64,000 bases of DNA, taken from positions 6,896 through 70,895 of the forward strand of contig JAICQL010000009.1 in the NCBI GenBank assembly GCA_025937895.1, written 5' to 3'. The position numbers and the translations under genes were made by a program. The stretch is from Polyangiaceae bacterium (GTDB lineage: Bacteria; Myxococcota_A; Polyangia; Polyangiales; Polyangiaceae). The notes under the pieces were generated by a model, which saw only the letters and a program-made list of their open reading frames with translations, did no database searches and had not been told where the DNA came from. Position 1 is the stretch's first letter. Each line of letters starts with the position of its first letter. Shown piece by piece: positions 45,008 through 53,971 of the stretch.

Positions 45008-45927
45008 GTGGCGCGGGCCTCGGGCGCAGAGGGACCCAGGAGCGTGCTCACCGGCGCCGTGCCGTGCTGCTGCGCGCGCGGCAACTGGCTGGCCAGCGCC
45101 GCCTCGACCAGCAGCGCCTGGCGTACGGCGGCCACGTCATGGACGCGCAGCACGTGCGCGCCGCGGCGCGACGCCCAGACCGAGGCAGCGATGGTGCCGC
45201 CCAGGCGATCGGCGGCGGCGCTGCCATCGAGCGCGCGGATGAAGGACTTGCGGCCTGCGCCCACTACCAGCGGCGTGCCTCCGGCACCCAGCTCTGCCAC
45301 CCGCGCCAGCAGCTCGATCGAGTGCCGCGCGTTCTTGGAGAAGCCGATGCCCGGATCGAACCAGACCTGGGCGTGAGCCACGCCGCGCGACACCGCCAGC
45401 GCGCGCGCCGCCCCCAGCTCCCTCCGCACGTCGCCCACCACATCCGCGTAGGCGTCGTCTGGCCACTCCGAGAAGCCCGTCATCTCACTCTGATGCGCCC
45501 GGGCGTGCGAAACGATCAACGTCGCGCCGTATCGGGCCACCACCGTGGCCAGCTCCGGATCCGAGAGGCAGGTGACGTCATTGATGATGCTTGCGCCATG
45601 CTGCAGCGCAAAATCCGCCACCGCCGGGCTCGCGGTGTCGACCGAGATCAGCGCCCCGCGCTCCACCGCGCAGGCCAGCGCCGTACGGATGCGCTCGATC
45701 TGAGTCGGCGCGTCCACGCGAGGCGCGCCGGGCTTGGACGACTCACCGCCGATATCGAGGATATCAGCGCCTTCTGCCAGCAGTCGGCCGACATGCTCCC
45801 GCGCCGCGTCCGTGGACTCGTAGCGCCCGCCGTCGTAAAACGAGTCGGGCGTCACGTTGACGATGCCCATGAGCGCAGCGGTTCGCTGTCGTGCCACCTG
45901 CTCGATGAGGTCGTGCACGCGAGCCAC
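45004..45927 (-). CDS. folP: Dihydropteroate synthase
   Basis: GIVNVTPDSFYDGG...DIGGESSKPGA... Its stop overlaps the cdaA start. Confidence 0.9.
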   Translation of the reverse strand: MARVHDLIEQVARQRTAALMGIVNVTPDSFYDGGRYESTDAAREHVGRLLAEGADILDIGGESSKPGAPRVDAPTQIERIRTALACAVERGALISVDTASPAVADFALQHGASIINDVTCLSDPELATVVARYGATLIVSHARAHQSEMTGFSEWPDDAYADVVGDVRRELGAARALAVSRGVAHAQVWFDPGIGFSKNARHSIELLARVAELGAGGTPLVVGAGRKSFIRALDGSAAADRLGGTIAASVWASRRGAHVLRVHDVAAVRQALLVEAALASQLPRAQQHGTAPVSTLLGPSAPEARAT

Positions 45928-46070
45928 TTCAAAATTTCCCTAGCAAGAGTTCGGCCCACGGGCAAGGCACGCGGGCGTGAAGTGCGGGCTGGCCGCGCAG
46001 GCTGGCGCGAGGAATTCTCGCCAGGCCACCCTCCATCAGCGCCGGGCGGGACGAGCCCCGACGGCCGTGC

Positions 46071-46940
46071 TCAGGCGCCGGACGCCAGCCCCGGCTCCGT
46101 CCCCGGCACGACATCCACGATCCAACCATTCTTGGCCCACGCCTGGAACCAGCTCGCGACATTCTGCTGCAATCGTTCGGCGTGTTCGGGGTGGAGCTGA
46201 AGCGCATGTTCACACGCGCTCACCAGAGAAGTACGGCGCGAGAGCGCAGAAAGTAGCGCGAAGGCCTCGGGGCTCACCGGTCGGTGGTAGAGCCTGCGAT
46301 CCGCTGCGCGATACAGCACGAGCTGCTGCGCCTGGGGCGCAGGCAGCTCAACACCCGGACCGGCGCCGCCATTCCTGCGCGACTCGAGCAGCTGCCGCCG
46401 CAGATCGGCGACGGGATAGCTGACCTCCAGCAGGCGCAGCGCGGGATTGAGGAGGATTTGCCCCGATTCGAGCAGCTCGGGCCGCTGTGCGGCGAGCTTG
46501 GCGAGATCCAGGGGCGGGCAGTCGGCCGCGTCAAAGAGCTCGATGAACGCCCACTCCAGTCGGGCCATGTCGCTGCACAGGCGCTGGTGGGGGAGGTCGG
46601 TACAGCCCGCGATGTATTCGGGGAAGCTGCGGCCCAGCTCGCGCAGGGTCCAGCTCGTGGGCGTGTGCGCCTGCAGGTAGCCCTCCATCAGGCGTTCCCA
46701 GTCGCTCTGGCCCAGGATGCCGCCGACCCCCGGAAAATCCTCCACCAGCGACGCGGTGTGGCGCAGCCAGAATTGCTCGCGATAGATCTCCAGCTGCTCC
46801 ACGGGCAGCAGGCGATCATTGCCCGTGAGTCGGTCGGCTGCCTCTGCGCTGAGGGTGGGATCGCGCGGCAGCGCACGCAGCGCCTGCAGGTTACGAGCCA
46901 CCCAGTGTTGCAGTGTGCTCAGCTCGCTCTGGTACGTCAC
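46071..46940 (-). CDS. DUF2063-family protein (HvfC/BufC-like RiPP maturation partner)
   Basis: 289 aa: ...LPVEQLEIYREQFWLRHTASLVEDFPGVGGILGQSDWERLMEGYLQAHTP... Its ATG overlaps the stop of the upstream DUF692 gene. Confidence 0.8.
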   Translation of the reverse strand: MTYQSELSTLQHWVARNLQALRALPRDPTLSAEAADRLTGNDRLLPVEQLEIYREQFWLRHTASLVEDFPGVGGILGQSDWERLMEGYLQAHTPTSWTLRELGRSFPEYIAGCTDLPHQRLCSDMARLEWAFIELFDAADCPPLDLAKLAAQRPELLESGQILLNPALRLLEVSYPVADLRRQLLESRRNGGAGPGVELPAPQAQQLVLYRAADRRLYHRPVSPEAFALLSALSRRTSLVSACEHALQLHPEHAERLQQNVASWFQAWAKNGWIVDVVPGTEPGLASGA

Positions 46941-47905
46941 TCTGCTACCGCCGCTCCCAGGCTGCTGCTCTCCCGTGCCGCCAGCTCGCGCGGGCCGCCA
47001 TGGCTGGCAGAATGTGCCGCCTGGCGCTCGCCCGCCGCCGCGGAGCGCGCCGGCAATGGCGCGGGCACGCGGCCGAGCGCCACGTCGCGCGCGTGACGGG
47101 CTTTTTCAGCCTCGGCGGCCAGCACGGGCCACTCGGGGATCTCGTCGTCCCACTCGATCAAGGTGGAGACGGAGCCCGTGTAGCGGATGGTCTCTGCGTA
47201 CAGCGCCCACACCGCGTCCACCACATGGCCGCGGTGCGTGTCGATGATGTACTTGCCGACGTTGGTGTGCCCGGCGAGATGGATCTGCACGATGCGCTCG
47301 TGCGGTATGGAGCGGATGAACTCGTGCGGATCGAAGCCGTGGTTGTAGGCGGACACGTACACGTTGTTCACGTCGAACATCAGCCCGATGTTCGCACGCT
47401 CCGCCACCTCGGAGATGAACTGCCACTCGCTCATCTGGCTGCAGCTGTAGGTCATGTAGCTGGAGGTATTTTCCAGCGCGAACGGGACCTCCAGGTAGTC
47501 CTGCACGCGGCGCGCCCGCTCCGCCACGCGCTCCACCGCCTCCCACGTATAGGGCAGTGGCAGCAGATCGTGCAGGTGTGCGCCCGGCACCCCGCACCAG
47601 CAGAAGTGATCGCTGAGCCAGGCCGGCTGGACCCGCCGCACCAGTTGCTTGAGCCGCGCCAGGTAAGCCGGGTCCGGCTCTTCCGGGCCGCCGATGCTGA
47701 GCGAGACGCCGTGCTGGATGAGCGGATAGTGCTGCTGCACCTGCTCCAGGTGGTGCACTGGCTTGCCCCCATCGACCATGAAGTTTTCGCTGATGATCTC
47801 GAAGAAATCCATGGCGGGGCGCTGGCTGAGGATGTGCCGGTAGTGCGGCACGCGCAGGCCCACGCCGATCCCGAGATCCGGGACACCGAGCCGGGGTTGG
47901 GTCAC
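46937..47905 (-). CDS. DUF692 / MNIO-family (MbnB/BufB-like multinuclear non-heme iron oxidase)
   Basis: GTG 47905 is preceded by AGTGAGG: VTQPRLGVPDLGIGVGLRVPHYRHIL...FFEIISENFM...HGVSLSIG...LSDHFCW...ALENTSSYM...QIHLAGH... The longer track ORF (to 48289) is antisense to pepP. Confidence 0.85.
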   Translation of the reverse strand: MTQPRLGVPDLGIGVGLRVPHYRHILSQRPAMDFFEIISENFMVDGGKPVHHLEQVQQHYPLIQHGVSLSIGGPEEPDPAYLARLKQLVRRVQPAWLSDHFCWCGVPGAHLHDLLPLPYTWEAVERVAERARRVQDYLEVPFALENTSSYMTYSCSQMSEWQFISEVAERANIGLMFDVNNVYVSAYNHGFDPHEFIRSIPHERIVQIHLAGHTNVGKYIIDTHRGHVVDAVWALYAETIRYTGSVSTLIEWDDEIPEWPVLAAEAEKARHARDVALGRVPAPLPARSAAAGERQAAHSASHGGPRELAARESSSLGAAVAE

Positions 47906-47960
47906 AGCCTCACTATCCCAGATTGTGTGGCAAATTGTGGTCGTGAATTCACCGGAGCCC

Positions 47961-49340
47961 ATGCCTGGCCGCTGGCCCACGAGCACCCCTGGCCCCGCGC
48001 TGGCGGCGCGGCGGCGGCGCTTGCGCGAGCAACTGCAAGGCCCCGCGCTGCTCGCCGCGGGCTGGCCGCGGCCGCGGAATTTCCCCCACAATTGCCACCC
48101 GTTTCGCGCGGAGAGCCACTTTCTGTACCTGGTGGGCAGGCAGCTGCCGGGCGCGGCGCTGTGGCTCGAGCCCGGCGCCGAGCGGCTGTATGCACCGCCG
48201 CCCGAGCCCGAGGCGCGCCTGTGGCACGGACCCGAGCCGAGCCTGGCGGAGCTGGAGGCCGAGCTGGGCCTGGAGGTGAGGCCGATCACGGAGCTGCCCC
48301 GCGCCGAGACGGCGGCGACGTTGCCGCCTCAGGACCCGACCGCTGCCGAGTGGCTGTCAGGGCAGCTCGGGCGCGTGGTGAAGGCGTCAGCGCTGCCCAG
48401 CGAGAGCGCTGACGTGGCGCTGGCCGAAGCGCTCATCGCGCTGCGCCTCATTCATGATGACGCGGCGCTCGCGCAGCTTCGACAGGCCGCGCTGGTGACC
48501 TGTGACGCTCACCGGGCGGGGTTGCGCGCCACTCGACCCGGGCTGCGCGAGGCACAGGTGCGAGCCCAGATGGAGGCCACCATCGTGGGAGCGGGCATGA
48601 CGCTCGCGTATTGGCCGATCGTGACCGCCGACGGCCACATCCTGCACGCGCAGCGGCACGACGGTGTGCTCGCGCCCGGTGACCTGTTGCTGGCAGACGT
48701 GGGCGCGGAGACGCCCGAGGGCTGGGCCGCCGACGTGACCCGCACCTGGCCCGTGTCGGGGCGCTTCAGCCCGACGCAGCGCGCTGCGTACCAGGCTGTG
48801 CACACGGCGCAGGCGGCGGCGCTCGCGGCAGTGCGCCCAGGTGCTCGCTACACGGACGTGCACCGCGCCTCACAGCGCGCGCTGCTCCAGTGCCTGCTCG
48901 ATCTGAAGCTGCTGCGCGGCTCGCTGGAGGAGCTGCTCGTCTGTCACGCGGTGGCGCTCTTCTATCCGCACGGGGTCGGCCACCTCCTGGGGCTCGACGT
49001 GCACGACATGGAGGATCTCGGCGACCGCGCCGGCTACGCCCCGGGCCGTGCCCGGCAGCAGAACCCGAGCGCCCGCTATCTGCGGCTCGATCGCGAGCTG
49101 CAACCCGGCATGGTCGTGACCATCGAGCCCGGCTTCTACCAGCTGCCCGAGCTGCTCGCGGCGATCGAGCCCGGCAGCGCGCTCGATCGCGCTCTCGATC
49201 GCGAGCAGCTCGCGCGCTTCGCCGACGTGAAGGGCATCCGCATCGAGGATGACGTGCTGGTCACCGATGCCGGCCACGAGATCCTGACCGCCGCGCTCCC
49301 GAGCGAGGTGGATGCGGTGGAGAGCGCGATGAGGGGCTGA
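47961..49340 (+). CDS. pepP: Xaa-Pro aminopeptidase (M24B)
   Basis: GGAG lies upstream of ATG 47961. N-domain: NCHPFRAESHFLYLVG. Catalytic residues: ...LLADVGAE...HGVGHLLGLDVHD...TIEPG...IRIEDDV. Confidence 0.85.
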   Translation: MPGRWPTSTPGPALAARRRRLREQLQGPALLAAGWPRPRNFPHNCHPFRAESHFLYLVGRQLPGAALWLEPGAERLYAPPPEPEARLWHGPEPSLAELEAELGLEVRPITELPRAETAATLPPQDPTAAEWLSGQLGRVVKASALPSESADVALAEALIALRLIHDDAALAQLRQAALVTCDAHRAGLRATRPGLREAQVRAQMEATIVGAGMTLAYWPIVTADGHILHAQRHDGVLAPGDLLLADVGAETPEGWAADVTRTWPVSGRFSPTQRAAYQAVHTAQAAALAAVRPGARYTDVHRASQRALLQCLLDLKLLRGSLEELLVCHAVALFYPHGVGHLLGLDVHDMEDLGDRAGYAPGRARQQNPSARYLRLDRELQPGMVVTIEPGFYQLPELLAAIEPGSALDRALDREQLARFADVKGIRIEDDVLVTDAGHEILTAALPSEVDAVESAMRG

Positions 49341-49363
49341 CGGGCGAGCGGCTGCTCGCTGGC

Positions 49364-50341
49364 TCAGCTCTTGACTGCCGAGGGGCGGGCGAAGGGCACG
49401 CCCCGCCTCGACAGGTACTGCTCGACGGCGAGCGCAACGAGCCCCGCGCCGAGCAACATGAGCACGGTGCCCAGCGTGCCCAGCAGGTAGCCGAGCGCGC
49501 CACCGAAGGTGGTGGCTAGCGCGTAGCCTCCGCTGATGCGCCCGTGCGACAACCCGGCGCGCAAGAGCCGCTGGTAAAGGTGGCTATGGTGCGCCAGGAG
49601 CACGTTTTCTCCTCGCAGCAGCCGGCGCGAGATCGTGTACGCGGAGTCCCCGAGCAGGGGCACGAGCGGCGCGAGATCACCGAGGTGCAGCCGCTCGCGG
49701 CCGGACCAGAGCGCGATGGCGACCCAGGCGCCGAGGGTGGTGCTGCCGGCGTCTCCCATGAAGACCCGCGCCGGCGGCAAGTTGAAGACGAGGAAGCCCG
49801 CGTAGGCGGCGGCCAGAAGCAGCCAGAGCGCATCGCCCGTGCGCAGGCCGAGGAACGCCAGGATCAGGCAGCCGCACGAGCCCACCAGCGCGTCGATGCC
49901 GTCCATGAAGTTGAAGCTGTTGATCGAGCCCGTGATCAGTACAACCAGCAGCAAACCGAGCGCGAGCCGCCAGGCCTCGCTCGTCCAGGGCTGCCAAAGC
50001 CAGAGGCAGGCCAACGCTGCCACGAACAGGTGCGCCCCGTAGCGCAGCCCTCGCGGCAGGTTGAGCCGATCATCGAGCAAGCCGAGAGGCGCCAGCACCC
50101 CACCGGCCAGCAGCACGCTCCACCAGCGGGGGCCGCCGGGCAGCGCGCCGAGCTGTACGGCGAGCGCGGCGCTCGCCAGCCCGCAAGCGACGGCGGGAAA
50201 GCCGCCTCCGGTGGGGGTGGGGCGAGCGTGCGAGCTGCGCCCGCCCGGGATATCCACGAACCAGCGCTGCGCGAGGGCGATGAAGACGCGCACCATCATC
50301 AGACTGGCGAGAAAGGTTCCGCCCAACGCGAATATGCTCAC
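49364..50341 (-). CDS. GT4-family polyprenyl-phosphate sugar-1-phosphate transferase (WecA/WbpL-like)
   Basis: Polytopic. Motifs: LLDDRLNLP, NSFNFMDGIDAL, VFMGDAGSTTLG. GTG 50341 overlaps the stop of the upstream gene (GTGA). Confidence 0.85.
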   Translation of the reverse strand: MSIFALGGTFLASLMMVRVFIALAQRWFVDIPGGRSSHARPTPTGGGFPAVACGLASAALAVQLGALPGGPRWWSVLLAGGVLAPLGLLDDRLNLPRGLRYGAHLFVAALACLWLWQPWTSEAWRLALGLLLVVLITGSINSFNFMDGIDALVGSCGCLILAFLGLRTGDALWLLLAAAYAGFLVFNLPPARVFMGDAGSTTLGAWVAIALWSGRERLHLGDLAPLVPLLGDSAYTISRRLLRGENVLLAHHSHLYQRLLRAGLSHGRISGGYALATTFGGALGYLLGTLGTVLMLLGAGLVALAVEQYLSRRGVPFARPSAVKS

Positions 50342-51282
50342 CGCTGCTCCCGGAGCCACTCCACCGTCCTGGCCAGACCTTGCTGCAGCGAGAATGGCGG
50401 TGTCCAGCCCAGCTCGCGCCGCAGGCGCCTGGAGTCCACGCAGAGCGAGCCCAGCAAGCGCGGCACGCCGTCGCGCTTGCGCAGGGCAACCAGCCCCAGC
50501 CGGAGCAACTCGGGTGGCACGGGGACCAGCCGCGGCCGCACACCGAGAGCGGTCGCGAGCCGGCGGATCAACTCCGGGGTGGACACATCTTCACCGTCCG
50601 AGATCAGGTAAGTGCGGGCGGGGCTCGCATCACCCTGCAGCGCGAGCTGGACCAGCGCGTCCGCCAGGTTCTCCACGTACACCAGGCTGCGCTGGTTCCG
50701 GATGGCGCCGAGCGGCAGCGGCAACCCGCGCGCCACGGCGCGCAGCAAGCGCTCGAAGTTCGCGCGCACTCCGGGGCCGTAGACGAGCGGCGACCGCACG
50801 ATCATCACCGACAGCGGTCCGCCGAGAGCCTCCAGCCCCTGCTCCGCTTGCCACTTGCTCTGGGCGTATGCTCCGTGTGGTGCGGCCGGCGACTCCTCGC
50901 TGAAGGGCGCCCCCGGAGCGCTGAACTCTCCGTTGACCTTGATGCTGCTGAGGAACACGAAGCGCTTCACGCCAGCCGCGGCGGCAGCGCGCGCCAGGCG
51001 CAGGGTGTAGTCGCGGTTGACGGCGTCGTACTCTGCAGCGCTCGTCAGCCCGCGCACGTCGTGTACGAGCGCGGCAAGATGGATCACGGCGGTCGCGCCG
51101 CCGAGCAGGCTCTTCAGGCGCTCTTCGCTGTCGAGATGGCCGGCACAGGCCACGCTATCGCTGCTGCTCGCGGCCGCGGCAGCTTGCCGGGTCAAGGCGA
51201 GTACGGGCACACCTCTCGCTCGTAGAGCTGCGAGCACGAAGCGGCCGACGAAGCCGCCGGCTCCAGTGACCACCACGCTCAT
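50338..51282 (-). CDS. NAD-dependent sugar epimerase/dehydratase
   Basis: MSVVVTGAGGFVGRFV...YAQSK... Its ATG overlaps the upstream stop (ATGA). Confidence 0.85.
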   Translation of the reverse strand: MSVVVTGAGGFVGRFVLAALRARGVPVLALTRQAAAAASSSDSVACAGHLDSEERLKSLLGGATAVIHLAALVHDVRGLTSAAEYDAVNRDYTLRLARAAAAAGVKRFVFLSSIKVNGEFSAPGAPFSEESPAAPHGAYAQSKWQAEQGLEALGGPLSVMIVRSPLVYGPGVRANFERLLRAVARGLPLPLGAIRNQRSLVYVENLADALVQLALQGDASPARTYLISDGEDVSTPELIRRLATALGVRPRLVPVPPELLRLGLVALRKRDGVPRLLGSLCVDSRRLRRELGWTPPFSLQQGLARTVEWLREQR

Positions 51283-52472
51283 CGAGCGCTCCGGTGCTCC
51301 TGCAACATGGCGCCGTAGGTCTCGATGATGCGCTGGTTGACTACAGTGGCAGCGAACTCCTGCTCCGCGCGCGCTCGCCCGCGCTCGCCCATACGCCGGC
51401 GCTCGGCAGCATCTCCGAGCAACCGCGCCAGCGCCGCTGCCAGGCCCTGTGGATCGCGCGCCGCGACGAGCAGCCCGTTGTCCTCGTGGCGCACCACCTC
51501 CCGACAGCCGGGGACGTCCGTGGTCACGATGGGTCTGCCAGCGGCAGCCGCCTCCAGCAGAGAGAGCGGAGCGCCCTCGCGGTACGAGGGCAGACAGGCG
51601 ATGTGCGCGCGCTCCAGCTGCTGCGGGATGTCCGTGCGCCGGCCCAGCCACTCCGCTTGCCCGTTGCGTGCCCAGTGCTCCAGGGTCGCGCGGGGGATGG
51701 CAGCCGGATTCTTGGGATCGGGATCACCCACCAACCGCAGGGTGAAGCCTTCGACGCCGCCCGCCCGGAGCAAGCGGCAAGCCTCGAGCAGCTCAGCGAG
51801 GCCTTTGTCCCAGAGCATGCGCGTGTGACACAAGATGACCAGCGGGCCCTGCTCGGGCTCTGGCTGGAAGGCAAAGCGTTCCACGTCCACCCCCGAGCCC
51901 ACGATGGTGAGCAGCTGATCGGCCCGCGCCATGCCGCGCTGGAGCAGCAGCGCGGCGTCATCGGCGTTCTGTACGAGCACGCGCGCCGAGCGCCGGGGCC
52001 GCACCAGCGAGCGGAAGGTGTGCTCGTACGCGGCGCGGAGCAGGTCTCGGCCAAGACCGCCGCCCAGGTACATGTAGCCCAGGCCAGCGACCGCGCTCAG
52101 CACTGGCGGCCGCCCCGTGAGGGCGGCCGCGATGTTGCCGTAGGTGATCGGCTTGGCCGCGACCAGATGCACGATGTCGGGACGCACGCTGCGCATCAGA
52201 CACCCGAGCTCGAAGATGGCCGTGAGCTCGCGCCCTGGCGCGATGCCGCCGCGCTCGAGGGCGAACACACGATGCTCGAGGCCGGCGGCAGTGATCTCGG
52301 AGCCTCGCTCACCGGCTCCGGTGGCGACCACCACGCGCATCCCTGCCGCTCGCGCGGCCCGCGCGAGCGCCAGGCGATGGGAAAGGAAATACCAGTCCTC
52401 CGTCACCACGAGCAGCAGGCAGGGGGCAGGGGGGCCGCCGGGATGGAGATTGGATCGCAATATCTGAAGCAT
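51279..52472 (-). CDS. GT1-fold (CAZy GT4-type) glycosyltransferase
   Basis: This is internal ATG M35. The C-terminus reads ...PSYREGAPLSLLEAAAAGRPIVTTDVPGCREVV. Confidence 0.85.
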   Translation of the reverse strand: MLQILRSNLHPGGPPAPCLLLVVTEDWYFLSHRLALARAARAAGMRVVVATGAGERGSEITAAGLEHRVFALERGGIAPGRELTAIFELGCLMRSVRPDIVHLVAAKPITYGNIAAALTGRPPVLSAVAGLGYMYLGGGLGRDLLRAAYEHTFRSLVRPRRSARVLVQNADDAALLLQRGMARADQLLTIVGSGVDVERFAFQPEPEQGPLVILCHTRMLWDKGLAELLEACRLLRAGGVEGFTLRLVGDPDPKNPAAIPRATLEHWARNGQAEWLGRRTDIPQQLERAHIACLPSYREGAPLSLLEAAAAGRPIVTTDVPGCREVVRHEDNGLLVAARDPQGLAAALARLLGDAAERRRMGERGRARAEQEFAATVVNQRIIETYGAMLQEHRSAR

Positions 52473-52586
52473 GTGAGGATCCCCGGCGATCCGGCCAGGG
52501 CTGGGGATCCGATAAGGGAACGCCACTGCCCGGGGCCCACACGCAGCTTCGCCGGCGCGGCGAACGGCGAGCAAGTCTGCGGCAGT

Positions 52587-53231
52587 TCAGTGTGCGGTGC
52601 TGCGCCGCCCTGTCAGCGCCTGGCGGAGCGCGCGCGGCAGGGAGCGCCTGGCGTTCTTCGCGGACTTTTTCTGCTTTGCTGGGGCCGCGGAGGGGACGGC
52701 CGGGGTGGCGCGAGGCTCGACGGGCGAGGTCGCGGGAGCCTGCGCGCTCGGCCGGAGTGCAGCCAGCTTGGTGGTGAGGACGCTACCGGCGATGGGCGGC
52801 ACCTGCACTCTGGTAGCGAGCCGCTCTGGGGATTCGGCGATCAGCGCCCGGGCCGAGGCCGGCGCGGGCTGCGTCGTGGCGGCTGTGGCGTGCTGCCAGG
52901 TGGCTGCCGGTGTCGTGCTGGAGAGCAGCGCGGAGCCGGCGCTCAGCGAGAGCCGGGAGGAGCTGGCCGCGCCTGTCACCGCGAGCCCCAGCAACAGCCC
53001 GGCCGCGATCCACGGTGCGCGGCGCGGGCGGAGCCCGGGGATCTCGCTGGCGTCCAGCACGCGATGCGGCGCCAGTCGCTCGAACGGTCGGCGTAGCGCT
53101 GCCCAGAGCGGGTGCTGGCGCGACGGGCGCAGGGAAGCGACGAGCGCGGTGTTCGGATCATTGACCAGCAACATGGAGAACCAGGTCTGGTCAGCGGCGT
53201 GCGTGCTGAGCGGAGCTTCATCTCGGGACAT
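52587..53231 (-). CDS. Hypothetical membrane-anchored protein
   Basis: 214 aa with high GC3. One TM segment (WIAAGLLLGLAVTGAA) and a basic C-terminus. No recognisable domain. Confidence 0.45.
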   Translation of the reverse strand: MSRDEAPLSTHAADQTWFSMLLVNDPNTALVASLRPSRQHPLWAALRRPFERLAPHRVLDASEIPGLRPRRAPWIAAGLLLGLAVTGAASSSRLSLSAGSALLSSTTPAATWQHATAATTQPAPASARALIAESPERLATRVQVPPIAGSVLTTKLAALRPSAQAPATSPVEPRATPAVPSAAPAKQKKSAKNARRSLPRALRQALTGRRSTAH

Positions 53232-53847
53232 GCTTCGACCCCTTCGTGCCGGAGTGCAGCAGCGCCTCCGTAGCGCGCGCCTCCTGAGTGCATAGGGACG
53301 GAGCAGGCGAAGAAGTCGTCAAATATCTCACGGCGGCGCCCGCGCCGGAGCTGGCGGCCTTTGCCGCTGCGACGGTCGGGCTGCGGCTGGTGTCGGGCTG
53401 GGCCGGCCGTCGTGTTGCGGCCGTGTCAGTGGGCTCATCCTGGCGGATGCAGGGGCGTCCAGCACCGAGCCCCCACTTCGATCGTCTGCGGCACACGCGC
53501 GGCAGAGCGGCTTGCCGCGCGTGCGGGGCTCAGCTCGGGGCAGACAAAAAAGGAGCAGCGGCAGGCTCCCGGGGGGGAAGGAGCCATGCCGCCGCTCGAC
53601 GAAGTGCACGGGTCAGCCCCCCGGGGGGGAACAGGGGTACATGACCCGTGCGAAACAGGGCGAGGTGCGTGCTCGAAACTGCGTCGCAACCTCTGCCCGC
53701 ATATACTGCACGGCTCGTGCCATTGATCGAGCCATGTAGATCTCGCGAGCTAGCGCGATGATCCGAGGAGGCATCTTTCAAATGTGGTTTTCATCGTTCA
53801 ACAGTGAGGCCCCTGAGTGACACGTCTGTTCCGCTCTCAGCCGGCGG

Positions 53848-53955
53848 CACGGCGCAGCTACACGGCGCAGCTGCACCGCGCAGGTGCACGGCGCAGCCAC
53901 TCAGCGGAGCGAATCAGCGCAGCCACTCAGCGGAGCGAATCAGCGCAGCAATCAG
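53848..53955. repeat. Compound tandem repeat: 4 x 13 bp (CACGGCGCAGCnn), then 2 x 26 bp perfect (GCGCAGCCACTCAGCGGAGCGAATCA) plus a partial copy
   Basis: Read directly. It lies just downstream of the DUF1343 gene stop, inside a 740-bp region with no supported gene. Confidence 0.85.
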
Positions 53956-53971
53956 TGCGCCGCTGCAGCGC

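Noticed and set aside
46937-48289. 128-aa N-terminal extension of the DUF692 ORF as a possible fused precursor peptide
   Set aside because: The extension is antisense to the conserved N-domain of pepP (NCHPFRAESHFLYLVG). The DUF692 homology begins only at GTG 47905, which has its own GAGG ribosome-binding site.
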